Assembly: GCA_963697895.1 (NCBI GenBank)
Contig: OY969100.1
Coordinates: 1,728,001 to 1,792,000, forward strand
From: an uncultured Methanomicrobiales archaeon
GTDB lineage: Archaea; Halobacteriota; Methanomicrobia; Methanomicrobiales; Methanospirillaceae
Direction of reading: 5' to 3'
Length of the DNA: 64,000 nucleotides
In this document: in pieces, positions 50,874-60,088 of the stretch
Layout: every line of letters starts with the position of its first letter
How positions within the stretch are numbered: the first letter of the stretch is position 1
Made by a program: the position numbers and the translations under genes
Notes under the pieces: model-generated
Databases searched by the model: none
Seen by the model: the letters and a program-made list of their open reading frames with translations, nothing else
Told to the model about the DNA's origin: nothing

Positions 50874-51650
50874 CTACGGAGTCGACTGCTCCTTCTTTTT
50901 GGAGACTTCGATCCGTTCCGGATGCGTGTACACGTTCATCTTATCGCCACGGGCAAATCCGACGATGCTGAGCCCGTTTTTATCGGCGATCTCTATTGCG
51001 AGAGTAGTTGTCGCACCCCGTGAGATAATGATGGGAATATTGGCAATCAGGCACTTCCGCGCCATCTCCGAGGAGATCCGCCCGGACGCGATGATGAATG
51101 TGTTCGATAGGTCAATTCCGTTTCTCAATGCATACCCAATGACCCTGTCCAAGGCATTGTGTCTCCCGATATCCTCAGATCCGCTGATGATTTTTTGGGC
51201 GCCAACAAGCGCAACGACGTGGATTCCTCCTGTTATTTTATAAAGTTCGGAGTTGAGGGTGTTTTTCATCATGTCCGTAATGAATGCAGTGCTGATAGAG
51301 AAAACAGAATGAATTTTGGGGAGTTTTTCTGGATCGATATACGAGGCACTTCCCCCGCATCCCGAAAGGATCGTTTTTTTCGGGCCGAGGACTTTGAACA
51401 GGTTTGTGGTGATCACACTGATCCGGTTCTTATCCAATTTTATTGATTCAATCTCGTCAGCCTTCCTGATTACCTGTTCGGTGAAGAGGAAGCCGGTGAC
51501 GAAGTCTTCAATACCATCAGGGCTCATCATTGCTGTCATCATGTGCCGCCCGTTCACAAAGAGAGCGTATGGTATCTCTTCGACGACTTCATGGAGGATC
51601 CGTTCAGATATTCCCCCAATGATCCGGATGCAGGGTACCTTACGATACAC
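50874..51650 (-). CDS. fdhD: Formate dehydrogenase accessory sulfurtransferase FdhD
   Basis: VVEEIP, GFLFTE, SGCG, TGGIH, EDIGRHNALD, SGRISSEM. Confidence 0.93.
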   Translation of the reverse strand: MYRKVPCIRIIGGISERILHEVVEEIPYALFVNGRHMMTAMMSPDGIEDFVTGFLFTEQVIRKADEIESIKLDKNRISVITTNLFKVLGPKKTILSGCGGSASYIDPEKLPKIHSVFSISTAFITDMMKNTLNSELYKITGGIHVVALVGAQKIISGSEDIGRHNALDRVIGYALRNGIDLSNTFIIASGRISSEMARKCLIANIPIIISRGATTTLAIEIADKNGLSIVGFARGDKMNVYTHPERIEVSKKKEQSTP

Positions 51651-51713
51651 CTGTCACACCCTCCTCTGTCCGTTGGCCAAGATTAGAGATGATTCCGGGT
51701 ATCGCATGTTCCA

Positions 51714-52523
51714 TCACTTGATTAACACCTCATCCATGCTCCCGCTCCGGTAACCTTCAAGATCCAGTGTAATATACGAAATCCCTAACTTTCTGAATTC
51801 TTTCGCTATCTCGTCTCTCATACCAGCGATCCTGGGTATATCCCTATTTTTTGCTTCAATTCTCGCAATTCCGGAATGCATCCTCACCCGAACCTGGAGA
51901 AACCCTTTGGAGTGAAGATAGTCTTCCGCAACTTCAATCATCCGGAGGCACTTTTCAGTTATCTCTTCTCCGTAGGGAATTCGAGAGGAGAGGCAAGCGG
52001 CGGAAGGTTTGTTCCAGAAATCGTACCCGCATTCCCGGGCAATATTCCTGATATCTTCTTTGTTGATCCTCGCATCGATAAAGGGGTGCACAATCCCCTC
52101 TTCAGTACTGGCGATGATCCCCGGGCGGTGTTCATTGATGTCAGAGAGATTTATCCCATCGGCAACACAGTAAAGGCCAAGTTCGTGAGCCCTCCTTTTC
52201 AGGATTTGTGCATCTGTCTTTTTACAGTGGTAGCAGCGATCGGGAGCATTTCTTCTGATTGTATCATTTATGGCATTCTCCCGGATGATTTCAAACGAGA
52301 GGCCGAGACTATAACCGATACGCTCCGCTTCGATTACTGCCGATCTCGGGACAAGGGGGCTGTCAAGAAAGACACAGTGGGCTCTCTCATCCATCACCAC
52401 TTTTGCCACTGCTGCCAGAAGAGCACTGTCTACCCCGCCCGAATAGGCAATGAGCATGGATTTCCTTATGCCAATCTGTTGCTTCAGGGCTTCATACTTG
52501 CAGCCGTTTCCCTCTTTGTCCAT
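51714..52523 (-). CDS. larE: ATP-dependent sulfur transferase LarE
   Basis: AYSGGVDS PP-loop, RCYHCK, HRPG, KPSAACLSSRIPYG, QVRVR, DLEGYRSGSM. Confidence 0.93.
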   Translation of the reverse strand: MDKEGNGCKYEALKQQIGIRKSMLIAYSGGVDSALLAAVAKVVMDERAHCVFLDSPLVPRSAVIEAERIGYSLGLSFEIIRENAINDTIRRNAPDRCYHCKKTDAQILKRRAHELGLYCVADGINLSDINEHRPGIIASTEEGIVHPFIDARINKEDIRNIARECGYDFWNKPSAACLSSRIPYGEEITEKCLRMIEVAEDYLHSKGFLQVRVRMHSGIARIEAKNRDIPRIAGMRDEIAKEFRKLGISYITLDLEGYRSGSMDEVLIK

Positions 52524-52576
52524 GATGGAACGAGTATCTCCGATGGAAGGAATTCAGTGGGATGAGCCAAAAAAAA

Positions 52577-52906
52577 TCAGGAGTCGCACTCCGATGGTTC
52601 ATACCCGCACTGGTCCCCTTCCTCCCTTAGTTGCTTGCAGATATCACAGATCCGGTCAACGAGGTTTTCCACTTTTCCGTCCTTGAGGTCCTGTGCAAGG
52701 CGTTCAATCGATCGTTTTACTTCATCCTCAAACTCGATTCGGTACCCGCGTTTACCGGATATATACTGGGATACCGCAGAGGGGGCAATCTCGAGCATTT
52801 TTGAGGCCTCGATCTGGGATACTCCGCACCTTACCAGTTCGACGGCAATTGCCGCCCTGATTGCGGGCAAAACATCCCATACAATCTTTTGACACGGTGC
52901 CTGCAT
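52577..52906 (-). CDS. Small Cys-rich XRE-like HTH transcriptional regulator (ThiR-N/COG2522-like)
   Basis: PCQ....VLPAIRAAIA.EL...GVSQ.E..KML.IAPSAVSQYISGKRG; C87-x2-C90, C100, C107. Confidence 0.85.
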   Translation of the reverse strand: MQAPCQKIVWDVLPAIRAAIAVELVRCGVSQIEASKMLEIAPSAVSQYISGKRGYRIEFEDEVKRSIERLAQDLKDGKVENLVDRICDICKQLREEGDQCGYEPSECDS

Positions 52907-52947
52907 ACTCTCACTCTCTGAGTGTAATCATCCATAGATGTTTGGCT

Positions 52948-52961
52948 TTCACAATTGTGAA
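52948..52961. promoter_or_regulatory. Palindromic operator TTCACAATTGTGAA upstream of HTH-larE-fdhD
   Basis: Perfect copy ~40 bp before the HTH start codon. Confidence 0.85.
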
Positions 52962-53102
52962 TCAACTTAGGAACCCAAAATAGTTTGCACGCTCTTTTTT
53001 TTTCATTTTGGAACGATCACTCCCCTTTAAGAGATCCATTGGAGGATCATCTACCGCTTACGAAATCTATAAATAATCACAATAGTTATCAAATAAGGTA
53101 AG

Positions 53103-53116
53103 TTCACAATTGTGAA
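53103..53116. promoter_or_regulatory. Palindromic operator TTCACAATTGTGAA immediately 5' of tRNA-Cys
   Basis: Perfect copy 6 nt before the tRNA; TATAAATA at 53068-53075 is followed by a degenerate copy ATCACAATAGTTAT (53076-53089). Confidence 0.85.
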
Positions 53117-53122
53117 TTCAAT

Positions 53123-53194
53123 GCCCGGGTGGCAGAGTGGTGATGCGTCAGACTGCAGATCTGATCAATATGAGTTCAATTCTCATCCCGGGCT
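53123..53194 (+). tRNA. tRNA-Cys (GCA)
   Basis: Acceptor GCCCGGG/CCCGGGC + U73; anticodon arm TCAGA-CTGCAGA-TCTGA (G37); T arm ATGAG-TTCAATT-CTCAT. Confidence 0.9.
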
Positions 53195-53210
53195 TTCAGG
53201 TGACACAACA

Positions 53211-54575
53211 ATGGATAACAGGATAGATAACGTCTTTCGTGCCCTCTTTACCCTTGAGGACCTGCGGGAAATCCACCGCAAGGCACTCCCCACGGGTATG
53301 GATGCTAAAGAGGAGGACCAGTACCGGGAAACCCTGGCCCGCCTGAAAAGGATCATCTCTGATATCGAGCGGGGGAGACCCGCAAAGGAAATCACGAAAA
53401 TCGCCGGAACCATTGATATCCGTACCCGTGAGGAGAATTACATCAATATTCAGCCCATCCAGGCTGCAGGACGGCTCACACCGGAGGCACGGAAGGCGGT
53501 TATTGCATATGGAGACGGGTATTCGACCTGTGACGCCTGCCGAAAACCCTTCCGCCTCGACAAGATCTCAAGGCCGGGGATAGCCGAGTTCCATGCAGAC
53601 CTTGCAAAGTTCGTGAATATGGACCAGGCCCGGGTCGTGCCTGGGGCGAGGCGCGGGTTCCAGGCAGTCACGGGGACATTAGTGGAGAAAGGCGACAGCG
53701 TAATCGTATCCGCACTTGCTCACTATACCGAGTTCCTCGCAGTGGAAAATGCCGGAGGGATCGTTAAGGAAGTGCCCCTCAACGAGAAAAATATCGTAAC
53801 GGCAGATGCGATGGCACAAAAAATCGAGGATGTCAAACGGGAGACGGGAGAACTCCCGGTACTCGTCATGATCGACCACATCGATTACCAGTTCGCAAAT
53901 GAGCACGAGATCGCCGGAATCGGAAAAGTCGCGCACCAGTACGACATCCCGTTCCTCTATAATGGTGCCTACACTGTCGGGGTCATGCCGGTCGACGGTA
54001 AGAAAATAGGAGCTGACTTTGTCGTCGGCTCCGGACACAAGAGTATGGCATCGGTCGCACCGTCCGGGGTGCTTGCGATGACTGATGAATGGGCACCTTC
54101 CGCGCTCCGCACCACCGCGATGGTCGGTGACCTTACCAAGAGGAAGTTTGGCATCAAGGAGGTCGAGATGCTCGGATGCACGCTGATGGGCGGGACCCTC
54201 ATTTCCATGATGGCCTCGTTCCCGATCGTCAAAGCACGGACGCAGATTTGGGACAATGAGGTAAAAAGGTCCAACTACTTCATCGACCGTCTGTTGAAAA
54301 TTTCCGGCAGCACAGTGCTCTCTGAGTATCCACGCAAGCATACCCTCACGAAGGTGGACACAACAGGAAGCTTCGATACTGTGGCAAAAACTCACAAACG
54401 GCGCGGGTTCTACTTCAGCGACGAATTGTCATCCCGCGGGATCGCCGGAGAGTTTGCCGGGGCGACGAGGACCTGGAAGCTGAACACCTACGGGCTCAGT
54501 GATAAGAAAATCCGGTACCTTGCGGACGTTATCACCGAAATTGCGGAAAAATACGAATTACCCGTCTGTAAATGA
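53211..54575 (+). CDS. pscS: Sep-tRNA:Cys-tRNA synthase with N-terminal helical extension
   Basis: NIQPIQAAGRL, GDGYSTCDAC, GARRG, AHYT, GSGHKS, LGCT; ~65-aa extra N-terminal domain; start at ATG 53211. Confidence 0.92.
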   Translation: MDNRIDNVFRALFTLEDLREIHRKALPTGMDAKEEDQYRETLARLKRIISDIERGRPAKEITKIAGTIDIRTREENYINIQPIQAAGRLTPEARKAVIAYGDGYSTCDACRKPFRLDKISRPGIAEFHADLAKFVNMDQARVVPGARRGFQAVTGTLVEKGDSVIVSALAHYTEFLAVENAGGIVKEVPLNEKNIVTADAMAQKIEDVKRETGELPVLVMIDHIDYQFANEHEIAGIGKVAHQYDIPFLYNGAYTVGVMPVDGKKIGADFVVGSGHKSMASVAPSGVLAMTDEWAPSALRTTAMVGDLTKRKFGIKEVEMLGCTLMGGTLISMMASFPIVKARTQIWDNEVKRSNYFIDRLLKISGSTVLSEYPRKHTLTKVDTTGSFDTVAKTHKRRGFYFSDELSSRGIAGEFAGATRTWKLNTYGLSDKKIRYLADVITEIAEKYELPVCK

Positions 54576-54584
54576 GGACCAACA

Positions 54585-55883
54585 ATGTCAGACAAGAAAT
54601 TCCGTTTAGGAACGACCGCCCTCCATGCAGGGCAGGTACCCGACCCAACCACCGGGTCACGGACTGTACCGATCTACCAGACGACCTCGTACATGTTCAA
54701 GAACACGGAGCATGCTGCAAACCTATTCGGGTTAAAAGAGCTCGGGAATATCTACACCCGGCTTATGAACCCGACAACGGATGTCTTCGAAAAGCGCATT
54801 GCTGCAATTGAAGGAGGGACCGGCGCCATCGCAACAGCATCGGGAGCTGCGGCAATAACCTACGCGATCCTGAACATCACTCGTCCCGGTGACGAGATCG
54901 TCTCAGCAGACAACCTGTATGGCGGTACGTACGAGTTCTTCCACTATACCCTCCCGAAGTTCGGGCGGTACGTCATCTTCGTAAACTCCTCAAAACCGGA
55001 AGAATTCAGGAAAGCGATCACCGGGAAGACAAAGGCGATCTATGCTGAGACCGTCGGCAACCCGAAACTGGATGTCCCTGACTTTGAGAAGATTGCGCAG
55101 ATAGCCCATGATGCCGGCGTTCCCTTTATCGTTGACAACACGACCGGAGTCGGTCTTGTCCGCCCGATAGATCACGGTGCTGATGTCGTCGTCCATTCGG
55201 CGACCAAGTACATCGGCGGTCATGGGAACTCTCTCGGGGGAGTCGTCGTCGACTCTGGCAAATTCGCGTGGAATAATGGTAAGTTCCCCGAGTTCACCGA
55301 TCCGGACCCGAGTTATCACGGCCTGAAATACTGGGACACGTTCGGAAATTTTCCCGGCCTCGGGAACGTGGCATTTGTCTTCAAGATCCGGGTCTCACTC
55401 ATGAGGGATACCGGTGCCGTACTCAGCCCGTTCAATGCCTGGCTTTTCCTCCTCGGCCTTGAGACCCTGCACCTGCGGGTACCCCGCCACTCTGAGAATG
55501 CCCTTGCCGTCGCGGAATTCCTTAACAACCACCCGAAGGTGGCCTGGGTGAACTATCCGGGACTTCCCGATAACCCAAACCACGAGCTCACAAAAAAATA
55601 CCTTGTAGGCGGGTATGGCCCACTTGTCGGGGTTGGTATAAAGGGCGGTGAAAAGGCAAGCAGAAAGTTCATAGACAGCCTCAAGCTATTCAGTAACCTC
55701 GCTAATATCGGAGACTCGAAGAGCCTGGTCATCCACCCGGCGAGCACGACTCACCAGCAACTCACGGTCGAGGAACAGGCAAAGACCGGTGTCACGCCAG
55801 ATGCAGTTCGGCTCGCGATCGGTACCGAAGATATCGAAGATATTCTCTCAGACCTGGATCAGGCATTGGAAGGGGCTTGTTGA
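54585..55883 (+). CDS. metY: O-acetylhomoserine aminocarboxypropyltransferase/sulfhydrylase
   Basis: [51 protein letters not shown]. Confidence 0.93.
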   Translation: MSDKKFRLGTTALHAGQVPDPTTGSRTVPIYQTTSYMFKNTEHAANLFGLKELGNIYTRLMNPTTDVFEKRIAAIEGGTGAIATASGAAAITYAILNITRPGDEIVSADNLYGGTYEFFHYTLPKFGRYVIFVNSSKPEEFRKAITGKTKAIYAETVGNPKLDVPDFEKIAQIAHDAGVPFIVDNTTGVGLVRPIDHGADVVVHSATKYIGGHGNSLGGVVVDSGKFAWNNGKFPEFTDPDPSYHGLKYWDTFGNFPGLGNVAFVFKIRVSLMRDTGAVLSPFNAWLFLLGLETLHLRVPRHSENALAVAEFLNNHPKVAWVNYPGLPDNPNHELTKKYLVGGYGPLVGVGIKGGEKASRKFIDSLKLFSNLANIGDSKSLVIHPASTTHQQLTVEEQAKTGVTPDAVRLAIGTEDIEDILSDLDQALEGAC

Positions 55884-57359
55884 TGATCAAAGGTTCGGTG
55901 GGTATTGTGGAGACGAAGTATTACCAACATCAGTACATACTCGAACTAGAAAGCGGGGAAACCCTGCCTTTTCTCACAATCGCCTACGAGACCTATGGAA
56001 AACTGAACCGGGACAAGAGTAACGGGATTCTGCTCTGTCATGCCCTTTCAGGGGATGCCCATGTCGCCGGATTTCATGAAGGCGATGAAAAGGCCGGGTG
56101 GTGGGATAGTGTCGTCGGCCCCGGGAAAGCAATTGATACAGATCGTTACTTTGTCGTATGTTCCAATGTGATCGGCGGGTGCAAGGGCTCCACTGGTCCT
56201 TCGTCCCCTCATCCTGAAACCGGGAAGCCCTATGGGTTATCCTTTCCGGTCATCACCATCGGTGACATGGTGACAGTCCAGAAGATGCTCCTCGATCACC
56301 TGGGGATAAAGCGGCTTTTCGCCGTTGCGGGAGGGTCGATGGGAGGAATGCAGGCACTGCAATGGACGGTCTCCTACCCCGACATGGTAAAAAAAGCGAT
56401 CATCATCGCAGCAACCGGGTATTCAACACCCCAGCAGATCGCGTTTAATGAAGTGGGGAGGAAGGCGATCATCTCCGATCCCGACTGGAACAACGGGGAT
56501 TATTACGGAAGATCGCTGCCCATCCATGGGCTTTCGCTGGCACGGATGGTCGGTCATATCACCTACCTGTCCGACGAGTCGATGCACGCAAAGTTCGGAA
56601 GGGCGCTGCAGGGCAAGGAGCAGATCGGGTTTGACCTCTCCACCGACTTTCAGGTGGAGAGTTACCTCCATCACCAGGGCGATACATTTACCCGGCGGTT
56701 TGATGCGAACTCATACCTGTACATCACCAAGGCGATCGACTACTTTGATCTGACACAAGACGATTCACTCACAAACGGCCTCTCGGGGGCAAAGGCAAAC
56801 TTCCTCGTCATCTCGGTCTCCTCCGACTGGCTCTACCCTCCGTACCAGTCGCAGGAGATCGTATCAGCGCTGGCGGCAAACGAGCGGGATGTTCATTACT
56901 GTGAGATACGCTCCAATTATGGCCACGATGCCTTTCTGCTGGAATCCGGGCAGCTCGAACTACCTTATCGGGAAATTCCTCTCCTCAACCGTGGTGGAGG
57001 ATATAATGACCCGGAATATCCAGATTATCGAGGAAGGAACGACGATCGCAGTCGCGGCGCGTTGCATGATAACGGTGGGGGTAAACCACCTCCCTGTTCT
57101 TACCAGTAATGGGAAACTCGTAGGGATTGTTACATCATGGGACATTGCAAAGGCAGTGGCCTCCAATTACCTGTGGCTGGATGAGATCATGTCAAAAAAT
57201 GTAATCACGAGCACGGTGGGTGAGTCAATCGAGTCGGCGGCAAAGAAGATGGAAGAACATCAGATCTCGGCGCTTCCGGTAATTGATGAACAGGAACATG
57301 TTATCGGGCTTGTCACGAGCGAAGCAATCAGTATGCTCATCGGTGGGTGGAATACGTGA
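55883..57359 (+). CDS. metX: Homoserine O-acetyltransferase fused to a C-terminal CBS pair, frameshifted (+1 at ~56957)
   Basis: [31 protein letters not shown]; removing G56957 joins ESGQL|NYLIGKFL to the CBS pair. Confidence 0.88.
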
Positions 57360-57871
57360 GAATTCTTTCCATTCATGCCGATTCAATGTGGTACCGTGCA
57401 ACACAGAAGACGCAAATGGCCGAGTACATCCAGCAGAGGGAAGATCTGATGAAGGAATGTGTCGTGCTCTTCTGCTGTGTGGAAAAGCTGGACGAGCGGA
57501 GCCCGGATTACGTGATCGCAAGCGCGATAAGGAACATCCTCGAACGGCTGAACAAATTGAAGGTGCACCAGGTGATGATCTATCCGTACGCACATCTCAC
57601 GAGCACACTCGGCTCTCCGGAGTGTGCGCTCCGGATCCTCATAGGTATTGAAGAAGGGCTTCGTGCATCGTCGGTGGAGGTCAAACGGGCGCCGTTTGGC
57701 TGGTATAAGGAGTTCGAGATCCGGGGAAAGGGACACCCGCTTGCGGATCTCTCCATGACAATCTGCCCGTATGAAGGGGTCGAATGTGATTTCCAGTGCC
57801 CGTACTGCAAAAATCCGATCAAGGAAGGCGATCTCCAGAGAACCCGACCTGTGGCGCACATCATGAATTAG
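57356..57871 (+). CDS. Free-standing archaeal ThrRS editing domain (DTD-like) with Cys-rich tail
   Basis: [31 protein letters not shown]...KGHPLADLS; tail CPYEGVECDFQCPYC. Confidence 0.85.
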   Translation: MRILSIHADSMWYRATQKTQMAEYIQQREDLMKECVVLFCCVEKLDERSPDYVIASAIRNILERLNKLKVHQVMIYPYAHLTSTLGSPECALRILIGIEEGLRASSVEVKRAPFGWYKEFEIRGKGHPLADLSMTICPYEGVECDFQCPYCKNPIKEGDLQRTRPVAHIMN

Positions 57872-57897
57872 ACGGTACCCGGGGATGGAATATTCGA

Positions 57898-59010
57898 ATG
57901 ACAAGGCAATGGCTCGTCCGATATTCGGAACTGTTCCTGAAATCAGACCCGGTTCGTCGTCGGTGGGAACAGGTCCTCATTGCGAATATCCTGAAGGTAT
58001 CGCCGGAGATCCAGGTAAGAAGCGAGCGTGGACGCATTTGGCTTAGCGGAGAGGTGATTCCGGAGTGGCTGGAAAAAATCTTCGGCGTTATCTCGTTCTC
58101 CGAGGTCGAGCAGGTACCACTCGGACGGCTCGATTCGGTCCTTCCGGATTACTGCCGTTGTAAAGGGATGGAAAAGGTCAAAACGTTTGCCATCCGAATG
58201 AAGCGGGTTGGGAATCATACCTTCACTTCGCATGAAAAAGCGATCGAATACGGCAACCTGATTCGAAGAACGTTTCCACACCTGAAAGTGAACCTTGCGA
58301 CTCCGGATAAGGAGATATTCATTGAGATCCGGGGATACGAATGTTACCTGTATGATTCGATGATCAAGGGGCCGGGGGGTCTTCCCCTGGGCGTTGAAGG
58401 AACACTGGTTGCGCTCCTGTCCGGTGGAATCGACTCGCCGGTTGCCACATGGATGATGATGAAGCGGGGGTGCAGGATCATTCCGTTGTTCATCGCCCTC
58501 GACAGTGTCCTCGATGAGACTAACCGCGAGCGTGCAGAGAGCGTCGTCGAAGCACTACGGGCGTATCAGCCGGATATCGAGCTCTGCGTGATCACCGATT
58601 CGTATCTTTCCCGTGCAAAACAGGAACTCACACGGGTCGGTCTGGAAAAATATACCTGTATCTTCTGTAAACGAAGGATGTACCGGGTCGCAGAAAAGTT
58701 CGCGCGAAATGCGGGGGCGAAAGGGTTCGTTACGGGTGAATCCCTCGGACAGGTCGCGTCCCAGACACTGGATAATCTCATGGTCCTGAACGAGGCAGCG
58801 ACCATGCCGGTATACCGCCCCCTCATCGGGTTTGACAAGGAAGAAACAATCCGCATCGCACGGGAGATTGGCACCTTCGCCGCTTCCATCACACACGCAA
58901 CCGGATGTACAGCGGTTCCGAAGGGACCCTCAACGAAGGCAGATCTCGACACAATCAGACAGATTGAAAAGGAACTACTTTCCTTCAGTGATACTATTCC
59001 CTTATCCTGA
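57898..59010 (+). CDS. thiI: tRNA 4-thiouridine synthase
   Basis: VRYSELFLKS, THUMP domain, LSGGIDSPVA, CIFC, TGESLGQVASQT, RPLIG, C-terminal GC. Confidence 0.93.
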   Translation: MTRQWLVRYSELFLKSDPVRRRWEQVLIANILKVSPEIQVRSERGRIWLSGEVIPEWLEKIFGVISFSEVEQVPLGRLDSVLPDYCRCKGMEKVKTFAIRMKRVGNHTFTSHEKAIEYGNLIRRTFPHLKVNLATPDKEIFIEIRGYECYLYDSMIKGPGGLPLGVEGTLVALLSGGIDSPVATWMMMKRGCRIIPLFIALDSVLDETNRERAESVVEALRAYQPDIELCVITDSYLSRAKQELTRVGLEKYTCIFCKRRMYRVAEKFARNAGAKGFVTGESLGQVASQTLDNLMVLNEAATMPVYRPLIGFDKEETIRIAREIGTFAASITHATGCTAVPKGPSTKADLDTIRQIEKELLSFSDTIPLS

Positions 59011-59069
59011 TATTAGGGTTCGGGGTACATGTCGGGTCATTCGGTTACTGCCCGAAAAGATATTCCTGA

Positions 59070-59354
59070 TCATGGCTTTTTTCTCGCCTTCGCCCGGATC
59101 ATATCGGCTTCTTCCGCGGATTCGACACGGAGGATATAGGTCCCGTAACAGGGTTTTGTATAGGGGAGGATGACCACCGGACCTTCCAGGCCGATTGAGA
59201 TGGGGGGCACGCCGATCAAACATTTCTCAAAGATTTTAAAGCCGGGATCCACGTAGTATCTCTCCTCACAACGATCCTCGATATATTTCCGCGATTCCTT
59301 AAATGAGACTCCGAAAGCGAGAACTTCGTATCCTAGGTCTTCGACGCAGCCCAT
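59070..59354 (-). CDS. DUF1894-family protein
   Basis: MGCVEDLGYEVL, IGVPPI.IG, PYTKPCYGT. Confidence 0.75.
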   Translation of the reverse strand: MGCVEDLGYEVLAFGVSFKESRKYIEDRCEERYYVDPGFKIFEKCLIGVPPISIGLEGPVVILPYTKPCYGTYILRVESAEEADMIRAKARKKP

Positions 59355-59806
59355 CCAAACACCTCGTCCATTTTCCTCCGCAGCTGCCCGGGATTATGCA
59401 CAGCTTTCTCCACAATCTTCTCACAGGGTACCTCGAGTTGTTCCCCCAAAGCCTCGGCCTCCCTTCCGAAGATCACTGCAATAAGCCGCCCTCCGGTCAG
59501 AAACCGAACGGTAGTTGCATACGAAATCCCGGCATCACTGTGGGCGAAGACAATGCAGAGCTTTGGTTGACGTTTTTTTGTCGAAAGTTCCTCAATGCAC
59601 CGGTCCAGTTCCACGAATTTTTTAATATACATCTTTGCCGGATCAGATACCCGCAACAACGTTAATACCGCCGCATTACCAGCAACCACCAGGGGCTGCC
59701 CGCTCTGGTTGAACCGATACCCACAGTACAGTGCAAGCGCCTGTTGAACCGGTACCTCAGGGCAACCAAGAATTAACAATGGTTCCGTATTTTCAGTATC
59801 ATTCAT
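59333..59806 (-). CDS. DUF1890-family protein
   Basis: LILGCPEVPVQ, GNAA...LLRVSDP, FAHSDAGISY, AVHNP. Confidence 0.78.
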   Translation of the reverse strand: MNDTENTEPLLILGCPEVPVQQALALYCGYRFNQSGQPLVVAGNAAVLTLLRVSDPAKMYIKKFVELDRCIEELSTKKRQPKLCIVFAHSDAGISYATTVRFLTGGRLIAVIFGREAEALGEQLEVPCEKIVEKAVHNPGQLRRKMDEVFGWAASKT

Positions 59807-59894
59807 AGAGATCCCACAGGGACAAAGCCGGATTTGCATTGGAGCGTCGCTGATTTGTAGTCAGCCAACGAGTTGTTATTCAGCTTCTGTTCGG

Positions 59895-59921
59895 TTCACA
59901 ATTGTGATTCACAATTGTGAA
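59895..59921. promoter_or_regulatory. Tandem operators TTCACAATTGTGAT (59895-59908) and TTCACAATTGTGAA (59908-59921)
   Basis: Head-to-tail copies sharing one base, upstream of DUF1890. Confidence 0.85.
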
Positions 59922-60088
59922 ATAATTCTCGGTCTATATTCTATAAGAACATATTCTTTGAGGAAAATCGATAAGGAATTTCATATAGGTAATGCGGCCC
60001 AGATTAGAAATATTTTATAAATACATGGATGATAGGATACACGTTATTTTCAGCGATTGATATAACCATTGAGTGAATTGATCTAAAG

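Noticed and set aside
53112-53210. N-terminal 33 codons of the ORF-track pscS call
   Set aside because: Overlaps the operator and tRNA-Cys; the real start is ATG 53211
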